Assembly: GCA_964631685.1 (NCBI GenBank)
Contig: CAZVZU010000005.1
Span: forward strand, 67,908-131,907
Origin: an uncultured Actinomycetes bacterium
GTDB taxonomy: Bacteria > SZUA-79 > Acidulodesulfobacterales > Acidulodesulfobacteraceae
Length of the DNA: 64,000 nt
Direction of reading: 5' to 3'
A program made the translations under genes and the position numbers. The notes beneath the pieces were generated by a model. It ran no database searches and was not told the origin of the DNA. It saw only the letters and a list, made by a program, of their open reading frames with translations. Shown here piece by piece: positions 50,460 through 58,919 of this stretch. How positions within the stretch are numbered: position 1 is the stretch's first letter; every line of letters begins with the position of its first letter.

Positions 50460-50778
50460 GTTGTGTCGAAGAATTATTTATTATTCGTTGATTAAGGTTG
50501 AGTGTATGAATGACTTCTCTTAAATATTTTATTCCGTTGAACCATTTTAATCGTTGTTTTTTATTCATTTTGGAAACAAGATCAACCATATAGTGACAAT
50601 CCATACAGTTATTTTTAATGCTGTCCCTATTTACGATTTTAATTATGGAATGGGCTTTTTGTTTATCTTTCTTAGTAAGAAGTTGTTCCGATGAGGGGGC
50701 GCTACCGCAATAGCCAAAACCGTAAACAACTTGCGGGACTAATAAGATTATAATAACTAATGCCGATAATTTTTTCAT
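50446..50778 (-). CDS. Small exported protein with one CxxCH motif (putative c-type cytochrome)
   Basis: AAGGAGG SD, signal peptide MKKLSALVIIILL, CMDCH. Confidence 0.65.
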   Translation of the reverse strand: MKKLSALVIIILLVPQVVYGFGYCGSAPSSEQLLTKKDKQKAHSIIKIVNRDSIKNNCMDCHYMVDLVSKMNKKQRLKWFNGIKYLREVIHTLNLNQRIINNSSTQHVHK

Positions 50779-50858
50779 AGCAGTATACCTCCTTATTATT
50801 TTGTCACTCTAATGATTATCACACTGTTTCCTGAAAAAGTAAATGACGGATGTAAATT

Positions 50859-51602
50859 TTATTTAAATTTATCGCAAAGTAAACCTGCAATTTCAATGTC
50901 CAAGGCAGATGTTATTTTTATATTGAAGTCCGTCGATATTATCGGCACGACCGGCATATCTAAATTTTCAACTAGAGATATGTCATCGGTTGATACAAAG
51001 TTGGTTTCTAGCGCTACTTTGAGAGCATTTTTCATGATATCAAATCTAAATACTTGAGGAGTTTTTGCAGATATTAATCTATCTCTCCTAAGTGTCTTTA
51101 ACCTCAGAGGCTCTGATGATATTGATTTATTGAGATCTATCTCTTTAATGGTGTCGGTTGCCAGCGAACATAAAAATGCAACGCCATGAGCAGCCGTTTT
51201 ATCTAGCAATAGGCTTAATTCTTTATCTTTTATAAACGGTCTTGCAGAGTCATGTATAAAGACTATTGTATCTTTTACTTCGGATGCGGGCAAAATACTT
51301 TCCAGATATTTTATAGAGTGATTGACGGAATCTTGTCTTGTTGCACCCCCAGTAATTATGTGCAATTTGTCTATATTTTCATCTGTAATATTATTTTTGA
51401 AGAAATTACCCCAGTTAAACTCAAAGACGGATGGAGGGGGAGTTGTTATGATAACGGCTTCGAAATCAATGCTTGACCTTGTGAATATTTCAAGGCTGCG
51501 CAGTATGATTTCCTTGCCTTTAATTTTCACAAGCTGTTTAGGAATGGAGATGCCCATGCGCGAACCTATACCTGCAGCGAGCAATATTGCGTATATTTTC
51601 AT
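50859..51602 (-). CDS. ispD: MEP cytidylyltransferase
   Basis: LAAGIGSRMG..PKQ, GGATRQDSV, HDSARP, TPQ, NIKIT. Confidence 0.94.
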   Translation of the reverse strand: MKIYAILLAAGIGSRMGISIPKQLVKIKGKEIILRSLEIFTRSSIDFEAVIITTPPPSVFEFNWGNFFKNNITDENIDKLHIITGGATRQDSVNHSIKYLESILPASEVKDTIVFIHDSARPFIKDKELSLLLDKTAAHGVAFLCSLATDTIKEIDLNKSISSEPLRLKTLRRDRLISAKTPQVFRFDIMKNALKVALETNFVSTDDISLVENLDMPVVPIISTDFNIKITSALDIEIAGLLCDKFK

Positions 51603-51623
51603 TTTTTATTCATCTAATTTAAG

Positions 51624-52127
51624 TTATTCTGCAGATAGCAGGCAGACGCTAAAACATTCTATTGCTTTTTGTTTTCCTACGGAGTCAAGCCCTTCTTTGG
51701 TTTTCCCCTTAATATTAATGCAATGCTTATCAACATTAAGCGCAGCGGACACCGATTCAACCATTTGTTCTTTGTATGCGGATATCTTGGGTGTTTGGGT
51801 TATAATGGTTATGTCTGCGTTTACCAACGCATACCCCTTTTCTTGCACTAAATTGTAAACATACTGAATAATGTCAATGCTGCTGATTCCTTTTGTCGAC
51901 TCAAGATTGTTGGGATAAAGACTACCTATATCAGGGAGACATAAAGCGCCGAGTAAAGCATCCGTAAAGGAATGAAGAACAACATCTCCGTCGGAGTGGG
52001 CGGCCACGCCCATGTGCCCTTCGATTAATATGCCGCCGAGATAAAGCCTTTTAACTGCATTTTCGAAGAGTGTAATCTCTAAAAACTTATGAATATCATA
52101 ACCGCTTCCTATCCGTATATCGTTCAT
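51624..52127 (-). CDS. ispF: MEcDP synthase
   Basis: RIGSGYDIH, HSDGDV, DALLGA, DIG. Confidence 0.94.
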   Translation of the reverse strand: MNDIRIGSGYDIHKFLEITLFENAVKRLYLGGILIEGHMGVAAHSDGDVVLHSFTDALLGALCLPDIGSLYPNNLESTKGISSIDIIQYVYNLVQEKGYALVNADITIITQTPKISAYKEQMVESVSAALNVDKHCINIKGKTKEGLDSVGKQKAIECFSVCLLSAE

Positions 52128-52205
52128 TTTTTATTTATCGGGTATGACTGTTATTGATTTATAAGACATGTCTTAGATTGTAACAATTTTTATTATTTTA
52201 GTAAA

Positions 52206-52234
52206 TTGAAAATGATTTTATATTAAAGTATAAT
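52206..52234 (+). promoter_or_regulatory. Sigma70 promoter of the pilin-like cluster
   Basis: TTGAAA-17bp-TATAAT. Confidence 0.65.
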
Positions 52235-52280
52235 CCCCTTATAGGCTTCACAGAGTGTATGAAAATTGAAATGGTGAGTA

Positions 52281-52802
52281 ATGTTTAAGCACATTATAAG
52301 ATTAGGCGAGGATGAAAGCGGATTCAGCCTTCTTGAAGTGGTTATTACTATTATTATAATTGGGCTTGCCTTGAGCGCGATAACGGAAAGTTTTATTGTG
52401 GGTTCGGCGAAGAGTGTTAATATTGCAAGTGAAGAAACGGCGATGAATGCGTCGAAGAAAACGATCTCTGACTTAGATTACTGCAGAGATGGAGGAACAG
52501 TGGGCGGAGTGTGCGTGGCATTCAAAAAAGGATTTTGGAATAATCCTTCTAATTACTATACTACGCCGCAAGGTCCGACCATCATAAACGGTAGGTGCAT
52601 TTATCTTAACATAGTTTCAAGTTGTGTTGTTTTTTCTAATAGTAACAATGGAGGAAGTATTAAGGCAGGGACTTGCGGGCATTATATTCAAACCGTAGTC
52701 AGGACGGGCTGGTTTGCACCGGATGCGAGCGGGCAATGTCCTTCTTCACCCCCGCCAACCTACCCTTTTATTACGATTTCTAATATTTATGCAAACTATT
52801 AA
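52281..52802 (+). CDS. Prepilin-type protein (PilV/MshD-like minor pilin)
   Basis: SG|FSLLEVVI prepilin cleavage motif; Cys-rich C-terminus. Confidence 0.85.
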   Translation: MFKHIIRLGEDESGFSLLEVVITIIIIGLALSAITESFIVGSAKSVNIASEETAMNASKKTISDLDYCRDGGTVGGVCVAFKKGFWNNPSNYYTTPQGPTIINGRCIYLNIVSSCVVFSNSNNGGSIKAGTCGHYIQTVVRTGWFAPDASGQCPSSPPPTYPFITISNIYANY

Positions 52803-52860
52803 TGATTACTGAGGTTTAATATACCATAACCATTAACTATACCAAAATTAATTATTTTAT

Positions 52861-53394
52861 ATGAATAGGGAACATAAAAATAGTGGCGGATTTACCCTAA
52901 TAGAATTGGTTATGACCATTGTTCTTATGGGCATAATGTCTATTGGATTATATGCAGTCGTAATGTTTGGAATAAAAGATTATATAACAAATGAACATTA
53001 TCTCCATTCCAATAATGCCATGACTTATGCAATCTTGGTGCTTAGGAGAAATTTAACAAATGCGGCTATGCCGGTGGCATCAATTTCGCCATCAGGGTCG
53101 GCATACTGCCCAGTATCCGGTTCCATAAATCCTTATAATACTAGCAATCCAGTAGTCATAGCCAATTTAAAGAACCAATCTATTGTTTGTGACGGCGCAG
53201 GTCAGCCTGCTTGTGATGAGACAATTTTCTATCAAAATATTACGGTCAATAAAACGACGGATCAACAGCTTGTGGTTTTTTGCGTACATGCAAATAATAA
53301 AAAAAACAGTGCATTATATAAAGAGGTCACGAATAGTAATGGGAAGACCATATCAGACCCTATTGCGAATAACATTAGCAGTATTAATTTTTAG
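52861..53394 (+). CDS. Prepilin-type protein (PilW/MshO-like minor pilin), possibly frameshift-truncated
   Basis: GG|FTLIELVM motif. Confidence 0.85.
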   Translation: MNREHKNSGGFTLIELVMTIVLMGIMSIGLYAVVMFGIKDYITNEHYLHSNNAMTYAILVLRRNLTNAAMPVASISPSGSAYCPVSGSINPYNTSNPVVIANLKNQSIVCDGAGQPACDETIFYQNITVNKTTDQQLVVFCVHANNKKNSALYKEVTNSNGKTISDPIANNISSINF

Positions 53395-53590
53395 TGTGGG
53401 GGTTATTTTAGGTGGATGCGGGAACCCACCACCACCGCCGCCGCCACCACCACCTACTGCGCATATTTTTGTTTGTGTCTTAAATAGTCATACCGATGCA
53501 TATTCGTGTAATGTAAATTTTAAGATAATCGATTCGGCGGGTTATAGTCAAATTGGCGGGGTCTCGGTTATTGTTGCAAAGCCAAAATAA
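53363..53590 (+). CDS. Possible small poly-Pro lipoprotein, or the frameshifted C-terminus of the upstream pilin
   Basis: TTG start gives MRITLAVLIFSVGVILGG|C followed by 10 Pro; no good SD. Confidence 0.4.
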   Translation: MRITLAVLIFSVGVILGGCGNPPPPPPPPPPTAHIFVCVLNSHTDAYSCNVNFKIIDSAGYSQIGGVSVIVAKPK

Positions 53591-53650
53591 TAGATTAGTG
53601 TATTTATGTAATGTCATAGTATGTAAAGCGGTGATAACAGACTGATATAT

Positions 53651-54208
53651 ATGATAAAATTTTTTAGAGACCAGATGATTAATTCCCAAAAAGGTATTTC
53701 AATAATTCTGGCAATTATTATTATAATAATGCTAGGGCTTGCCGGCTCTATTTTTGCCTACCTTATAGCAAGCGGGAGCATCCTTTCGAGATCTAATTTG
53801 CTGAGCGAAGAAGCTCAGTACGCGTCAAAATCGGGAATTAGGATAACCTTGTATGAGGTGAAGAACAGTAACGGTTCAGGCATCTTTTCATCCGCATGGT
53901 TACCCGGCTGCCCAGTAAAGCTCGTGCTTCCACCGGGAGTAAATGGGCGGCCGTCGTCTAATTTACGATATATTTACGGTAACTTACAGGGTAATTTGTC
54001 AAGAAGCGTTAACTATACTCCGACATTTTGTTCGGTGGAGGGTAAGTTGAAACGTGCAGGCAAATGCACTTACTACATCATTACTTCCAACGGTTTTGCC
54101 GGTGGCACAAAAAGGGAGGTCACGGCAGAGGTCGGCGTAAGAGCAAGGAGTAATAAAGAAAAATGCGTCGGAATCTATGTTGAAAGCGAGTTGCCTAACT
54201 CTAATTAA
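53651..54208 (+). CDS. PilX/MshP-like minor pilin
   Basis: QKG|ISIILAI without Glu5, AQYASKSG, YIITSNG..GGTKR pattern. Confidence 0.75.
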   Translation: MIKFFRDQMINSQKGISIILAIIIIIMLGLAGSIFAYLIASGSILSRSNLLSEEAQYASKSGIRITLYEVKNSNGSGIFSSAWLPGCPVKLVLPPGVNGRPSSNLRYIYGNLQGNLSRSVNYTPTFCSVEGKLKRAGKCTYYIITSNGFAGGTKREVTAEVGVRARSNKEKCVGIYVESELPNSN

Positions 54209-54252
54209 GAAAGATTATGCGGAATAGGTGAAGCTGACGACTTGTTGCCTTC

Positions 54253-55476
54253 TTATTTTGCAAAAATGCTGAAAATGACGGTTGTTACGATTATAATGGC
54301 GACGACTAGGCCGTAAGCCAAGATAAAGCCTTTGTAGTATAGCATGGCGCCGACTGCAACCGGTCCCAATATAAATCCTAAGTCACTAAACGTTCTGTAA
54401 ACACCTATGGCCTCGTCATAATGATTTTTATCGACATTGTCCATGAGATATAGATTTCTTGCGGGTCCGGAAAAACCGCTCCCGGCGCTTAAGAGTATAA
54501 TGGATGCGCCAAATGCAAACAAATTCTTGAAAATTATAAAATATATTATTCCGACTGCGCTTATCATGAAGGATACAATAATAGATTTTTTTACCCCAAT
54601 TATATTTATTACCTTGTCGGAATAATATGTGAGTACTATTCCTATTAATGCGGATATAGAAATAAGCAGACCTATATTTGCCTTGTTTAAATTCAGGATA
54701 TCAACGCCTACAAGCGGTACTAGTTCCCTTCTTGAGCCTATTCTAGAAAAGAAAAATGAAAAGGTCAGGATGCAAAGGACCATAAAACCGGGATTATATA
54801 AGAGCATTAAATATTTTCTTAAGTGCCCTTTATTTTTATTAGGTTTGTCCGCAGATTGAACCGTAGTTTCTAGTGTTTTAATATTGTTTAAAAATTTCTT
54901 ATGGTACAAGGCTATCATAAGTGCTATAAACATTATTATTAGATAAAGCAGGAAAGTAGATTTGTCACTAAATTCAAAAGCTATAATTGCTCCAAGAAAA
55001 GGTGCAGAGCCCATTGAAAGTCTTCTTGCTATCATATATACACTTAATATCTTTCCTCTTTTTTTGTTCTGATAGAGATGTTTTGTAAGGATTAGCATTG
55101 AGGAAGTATTTATGATGCCCGAGCCGAAGCCTTCGAGAAACCTAAATATAAATAGTTGGTAATATGTCGTTGAGAGAAAGTAACCTACTGCGCCGATAAA
55201 AATAAAAAATATTCCTATGTGGATATATTGAGTTTTAAGCTTACTGCTTATTATACTTATCGGTATATTTACCAATATACGCGCAAGTCCGAATGATGCT
55301 ATTATTAGCCCTATTGTAATTATGCTTGCGCCCAAATGTTTTGCGTAGAGGGGAAGGACAACCGTGTTTAATCCTAGTCCAAAGTCCGCAAGTGCAATAG
55401 TAGAAAGAATCGCTATTAAAAGCCGTTTTGTGGAGGTCGGCGTTATTTCATCTATGCCGTTGTTATTTGATGCCAT
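54253..55476 (-). CDS. MFS transporter (DHA1/TetA-like)
   Basis: About 12 TM segments, VLPLYAKHLG, FRFLEGFGSG, DLGFILGP. Confidence 0.88.
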   Translation of the reverse strand: MASNNNGIDEITPTSTKRLLIAILSTIALADFGLGLNTVVLPLYAKHLGASIITIGLIIASFGLARILVNIPISIISSKLKTQYIHIGIFFIFIGAVGYFLSTTYYQLFIFRFLEGFGSGIINTSSMLILTKHLYQNKKRGKILSVYMIARRLSMGSAPFLGAIIAFEFSDKSTFLLYLIIMFIALMIALYHKKFLNNIKTLETTVQSADKPNKNKGHLRKYLMLLYNPGFMVLCILTFSFFFSRIGSRRELVPLVGVDILNLNKANIGLLISISALIGIVLTYYSDKVINIIGVKKSIIVSFMISAVGIIYFIIFKNLFAFGASIILLSAGSGFSGPARNLYLMDNVDKNHYDEAIGVYRTFSDLGFILGPVAVGAMLYYKGFILAYGLVVAIIIVTTVIFSIFAK

Positions 55477-55484
55477 GAGGGTTC

Positions 55485-55513
55485 ATTCTATAGTATGATG
55501 ACTTTAAAGTCAA
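55485..55513 (-). promoter_or_regulatory. MFS promoter with operator palindrome
   Basis: Minus strand TTGACT-17bp-TAGAAT; TGACTTTAAAGTCA palindrome at 55499-55512. Confidence 0.65.
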
Positions 55514-55579
55514 TTTCATAGGGCGAAGATATGGAAGGGGTATTATTGCGGAAAATTACTAAAAACAATATTGTTATAG

Positions 55580-55609
55580 TTGACAAATTTAATATTTAAT
55601 TGTTATGGT
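55580..55609 (+). promoter_or_regulatory. Probable cas operon promoter
   Basis: TTGACA-18bp-TATGGT with extended TG. Confidence 0.5.
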
Positions 55610-55678
55610 TAAGAACGATGTGTAATGAGACTGTCGCAGTTTGATGTTATATAATGATCGCATAGATAAGGAGGGTGC

Positions 55679-56449
55679 GTGAGGGTTCTTATTCATCTTG
55701 TTTCAGATAATAATATAATCGTAAGACAAAGCTATAATAACATTCTCCAAGGATTGATATATCAATTTTTAGACAGAATGGATGCGGCATGGCTCCATGC
55801 CACTGGTTTTGAATCCGATAGCAGAAAGTTTAAACTTTTCGTTTTCTCCGGAATAAGAGAGAGAGGGACTGTCGATCAAAGCGCACGAATCTTCAAATTT
55901 TCCAACAAAATAAGTTTTTACTTATCTTCTCCCGTTGATTGGATCATGACCCAGTTCGCAAGCAATATTATCAGGGTAAGAGATCTAAGTTTAGGTGGCA
56001 ATACGGTTTCTGTGGAATCTATTGGCGTAATGAAGGAGCCCGCCATAGAAAACAATTCTATAACTGTTCAAGCAATTACTCCAATAGAAGTGCATTCAAC
56101 CTTAATAAAACCAGACGGCAGAAAACTGACATACTATTACAGCGCGTTTGAAGATGATTTTGGCAGGCTTGTTAACGACAATTTGATCAGAAAATGGAAA
56201 GCGCTCTACAAAGTGGAGGTTCCGGGAAGTATATCTATAAAGCCTCTTTATAACGACAGAAAAAATGAGCGAGTCAGGTATTTTGTCAGTGGCGGCAGAA
56301 AAACCGTTATAAAGGGATGGGTTGGCCGATATAAGCTTTCAGGAGACAGAAAGTTACTGCGATTTGCGCTTAATGCGGGGCTTGGAAGTCGTAATAGTCA
56401 AGGGTTCGGAATGATAGAGATTGCAGGGCATTTATCGCCACATAACTAA
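55679..56449 (+). CDS. cas6: CRISPR endoribonuclease Cas6
   Basis: LQGLIY, WLH..GF, FKLFVFS, G-rich loop GLGSRNSQGFG. Confidence 0.95.
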   Translation: MRVLIHLVSDNNIIVRQSYNNILQGLIYQFLDRMDAAWLHATGFESDSRKFKLFVFSGIRERGTVDQSARIFKFSNKISFYLSSPVDWIMTQFASNIIRVRDLSLGGNTVSVESIGVMKEPAIENNSITVQAITPIEVHSTLIKPDGRKLTYYYSAFEDDFGRLVNDNLIRKWKALYKVEVPGSISIKPLYNDRKNERVRYFVSGGRKTVIKGWVGRYKLSGDRKLLRFALNAGLGSRNSQGFGMIEIAGHLSPHN

Positions 56450-56501
56450 GCGGTTTATGGCTAAAAAAGAAAATAAATAATTAGAGTTATACATTTAAAA
56501 A

Positions 56502-58913
56502 ATGGATATTAAGATTACTGAAAATTATGACAAATTTTTTAAAAAGTTAACTAAGTTTGAACCGTATGCATTTCAGAAAGAGTTTGCTGATAAATTTATT
56601 AATTCAAGGTCAATTATTCTAAATGCTCCAACGGGTAGCGGTAAAACATTAGCGGCTATAGCGCCTTTTGTCTATTGCTGGAATGAGTGGAAAGAAGAAA
56701 AGCAGAAAGTTTCAGATTATCCAAGAAAATTAATATATTCCCTTCCATTGAGAACCTTGGCGAATTCACTATATAAGGATGTTGAAGAAATGATTAGAGA
56801 AAATTTAAATTTAGACATCAAAGTCACGCTACAAACGGGTGAAAATCGCTCGGATCCGTATTTTGAAGGGGATATAATCTTTACAACAATAGATCAAACC
56901 TTGAGCAATGTGCTCAGTATTCCTTTATCATTGTCTAAAGGTTTGTCAAATATAAATGCCGGAGCGGTTTTATCATCGTATTTAGTATTTGACGAGCTCC
57001 ACTTGTTAGAACCTAAAAAGTCCTTGTCTACAACATTAATCCTGCTTGATAGTTTGAAAGAAATAGTGCCTTTTTGCCTAATGACGGCGACTTTATCTCA
57101 AGATTTTATGAAAAAATCAGCGAAACTTTTGGATGCCTCATTGATCTCTGTGGAAAGAAATGATTATGAGGCATTTAGTTATATTCAAAATAAGGCAAAG
57201 AAGTTTGTGAAAACAAATAAAGAAATATTAGATGCAGAAAATATTTTAAGGTTTCATAAATCAAAAACTATTGTTATTTGTAATACCGTTGCTAAGTGTA
57301 TTAGTCTTTATAAGGAATTAAAACAAAAAAGCCGTGATCCGATAAAGTTAATATGTTTACATTCTCAATTTTTCCAAAAAGACAGAAAAAATAAGGAAGA
57401 TGCAATTATAAAATATTTTGGTCAAGATTCTTCCGAAGGGAACGTTATTTTGATAGCAACACAAATTGTAGAAGTGGGGCTAGATATCTCTTGCGAAACG
57501 ATGCTTACCGAAATCTCACCTATAAATTCCTTTTTGCAAAGGGCCGGCCGTTGCGCAAGATGGAGAGGAGAAGGAAATATCCAAGTTTTCAATTGCGAAG
57601 ACACATATTTGCCGTATACTGAATCGCTATGCCGAGTAACATTTGATAGCCTGGAAAAAATTCATGACAAACAACTTGATTATTTTACTTCTCAAAGATT
57701 AGTAGAGGACATTATTGCCGAATTAGAGTCAGGCATTTTTGCGGAAGTGGAGAGCTCCGATTGTATCACGCGGGAGCAAATAAGGGAGTCATGGCGCACA
57801 GGCAACAGATCTTACGCAAGAGGGTTAATAAGAGATATTCGTTCTATCTCAGTAGTTCTGCTACCTAAAGATTATAAAACAAGTTCGCTTTATTCTTTTG
57901 AATCTTTTTCAATAAATCCTTACTCTTTAAAAAAGAAGATTGAAGATTATCTTGAAGCGCAACAAGAGTCAGAACCTATATTGTTTACATTAATGGATTC
58001 GGGTTTTATCGATGAAGATTTTGACGATGCCGAAAAAGAACTGGCCACGATAGGATTAGACGAAATATTTTCAGAAAATATTGTTGCATTAGATTCTAAT
58101 CTGGTTGGTTACGCACCTGAATATGGGCTTGATTTTGAAGGAAATTTCGGAAGAACATCGAAAAAATTGGGCATAAAAGAGGACGGAAAGCATCATATTT
58201 ATCATTGCGATACCTATGAAGAGCACATTTCTTGGATGCTTAAATACTTAGGTAAGATTACAGACTATCCCTTTGCATTAAAAAAGATCCAGAAATTAAA
58301 GTATTCTACATTTAACATAGAAGAAATAATAAAATTTATTATCGAAATGCATGACTATGGAAAGCTTGATGTCATGTGGCAAAAAATAATGAAAACATAT
58401 CAGGAAAGAATTTCCGGTAAAGACGTTTCAGACTTTCTAGCTCATTCTGACTATGATCAATCTTCTCAAAAAGATTGTAATTTAATGAGTAGCGTTTTAA
58501 AAGAATATAGAATTGGTAAAAAACCTCCCCATTCCGGGATCGGGGGTTTCGCAAGTTTTATCATACTACAGTCTGTACTGGAAATATCTTCTGAAAATAA
58601 AGATGATGAATCTTTTATAAAGGCAGTTGCAACTTCAATTTTAAGGCATCATTCTTCCTTTGCTAAGGAAATACCAAGATTTAACATATCTAATGAAGCT
58701 TTTAAGCTTTGTCTTTCGCGAATACGCACTATTTTCCCCGGCATAGTTGATAAAGAGTTGAAACTTTTGAAAGGATTTAAAGGGACAAAATCCGAAGATA
58801 TCATCCTATCTTTTCAAAAAAACTATGAGGTATTTTTATATTTTATTTTAGTCCGCATCTTGCGGTTGTGCGATCAGCATTCTTTTGAGCACAATCCGAG
58901 AATTAAGAGGTGA
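56502..58913 (+). CDS. cas3: Cas3 helicase with C-terminal HD nuclease domain
   Basis: APTGSGKT, DELH, TAT, QRAGR; C-terminal YEEH, HDYGK, PPHS, RHHS, RLCD. Confidence 0.92.
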   Translation: MDIKITENYDKFFKKLTKFEPYAFQKEFADKFINSRSIILNAPTGSGKTLAAIAPFVYCWNEWKEEKQKVSDYPRKLIYSLPLRTLANSLYKDVEEMIRENLNLDIKVTLQTGENRSDPYFEGDIIFTTIDQTLSNVLSIPLSLSKGLSNINAGAVLSSYLVFDELHLLEPKKSLSTTLILLDSLKEIVPFCLMTATLSQDFMKKSAKLLDASLISVERNDYEAFSYIQNKAKKFVKTNKEILDAENILRFHKSKTIVICNTVAKCISLYKELKQKSRDPIKLICLHSQFFQKDRKNKEDAIIKYFGQDSSEGNVILIATQIVEVGLDISCETMLTEISPINSFLQRAGRCARWRGEGNIQVFNCEDTYLPYTESLCRVTFDSLEKIHDKQLDYFTSQRLVEDIIAELESGIFAEVESSDCITREQIRESWRTGNRSYARGLIRDIRSISVVLLPKDYKTSSLYSFESFSINPYSLKKKIEDYLEAQQESEPILFTLMDSGFIDEDFDDAEKELATIGLDEIFSENIVALDSNLVGYAPEYGLDFEGNFGRTSKKLGIKEDGKHHIYHCDTYEEHISWMLKYLGKITDYPFALKKIQKLKYSTFNIEEIIKFIIEMHDYGKLDVMWQKIMKTYQERISGKDVSDFLAHSDYDQSSQKDCNLMSSVLKEYRIGKKPPHSGIGGFASFIILQSVLEISSENKDDESFIKAVATSILRHHSSFAKEIPRFNISNEAFKLCLSRIRTIFPGIVDKELKLLKGFKGTKSEDIILSFQKNYEVFLYFILVRILRLCDQHSFEHNPRIKR

Positions 58914-58919
58914 TTATAA

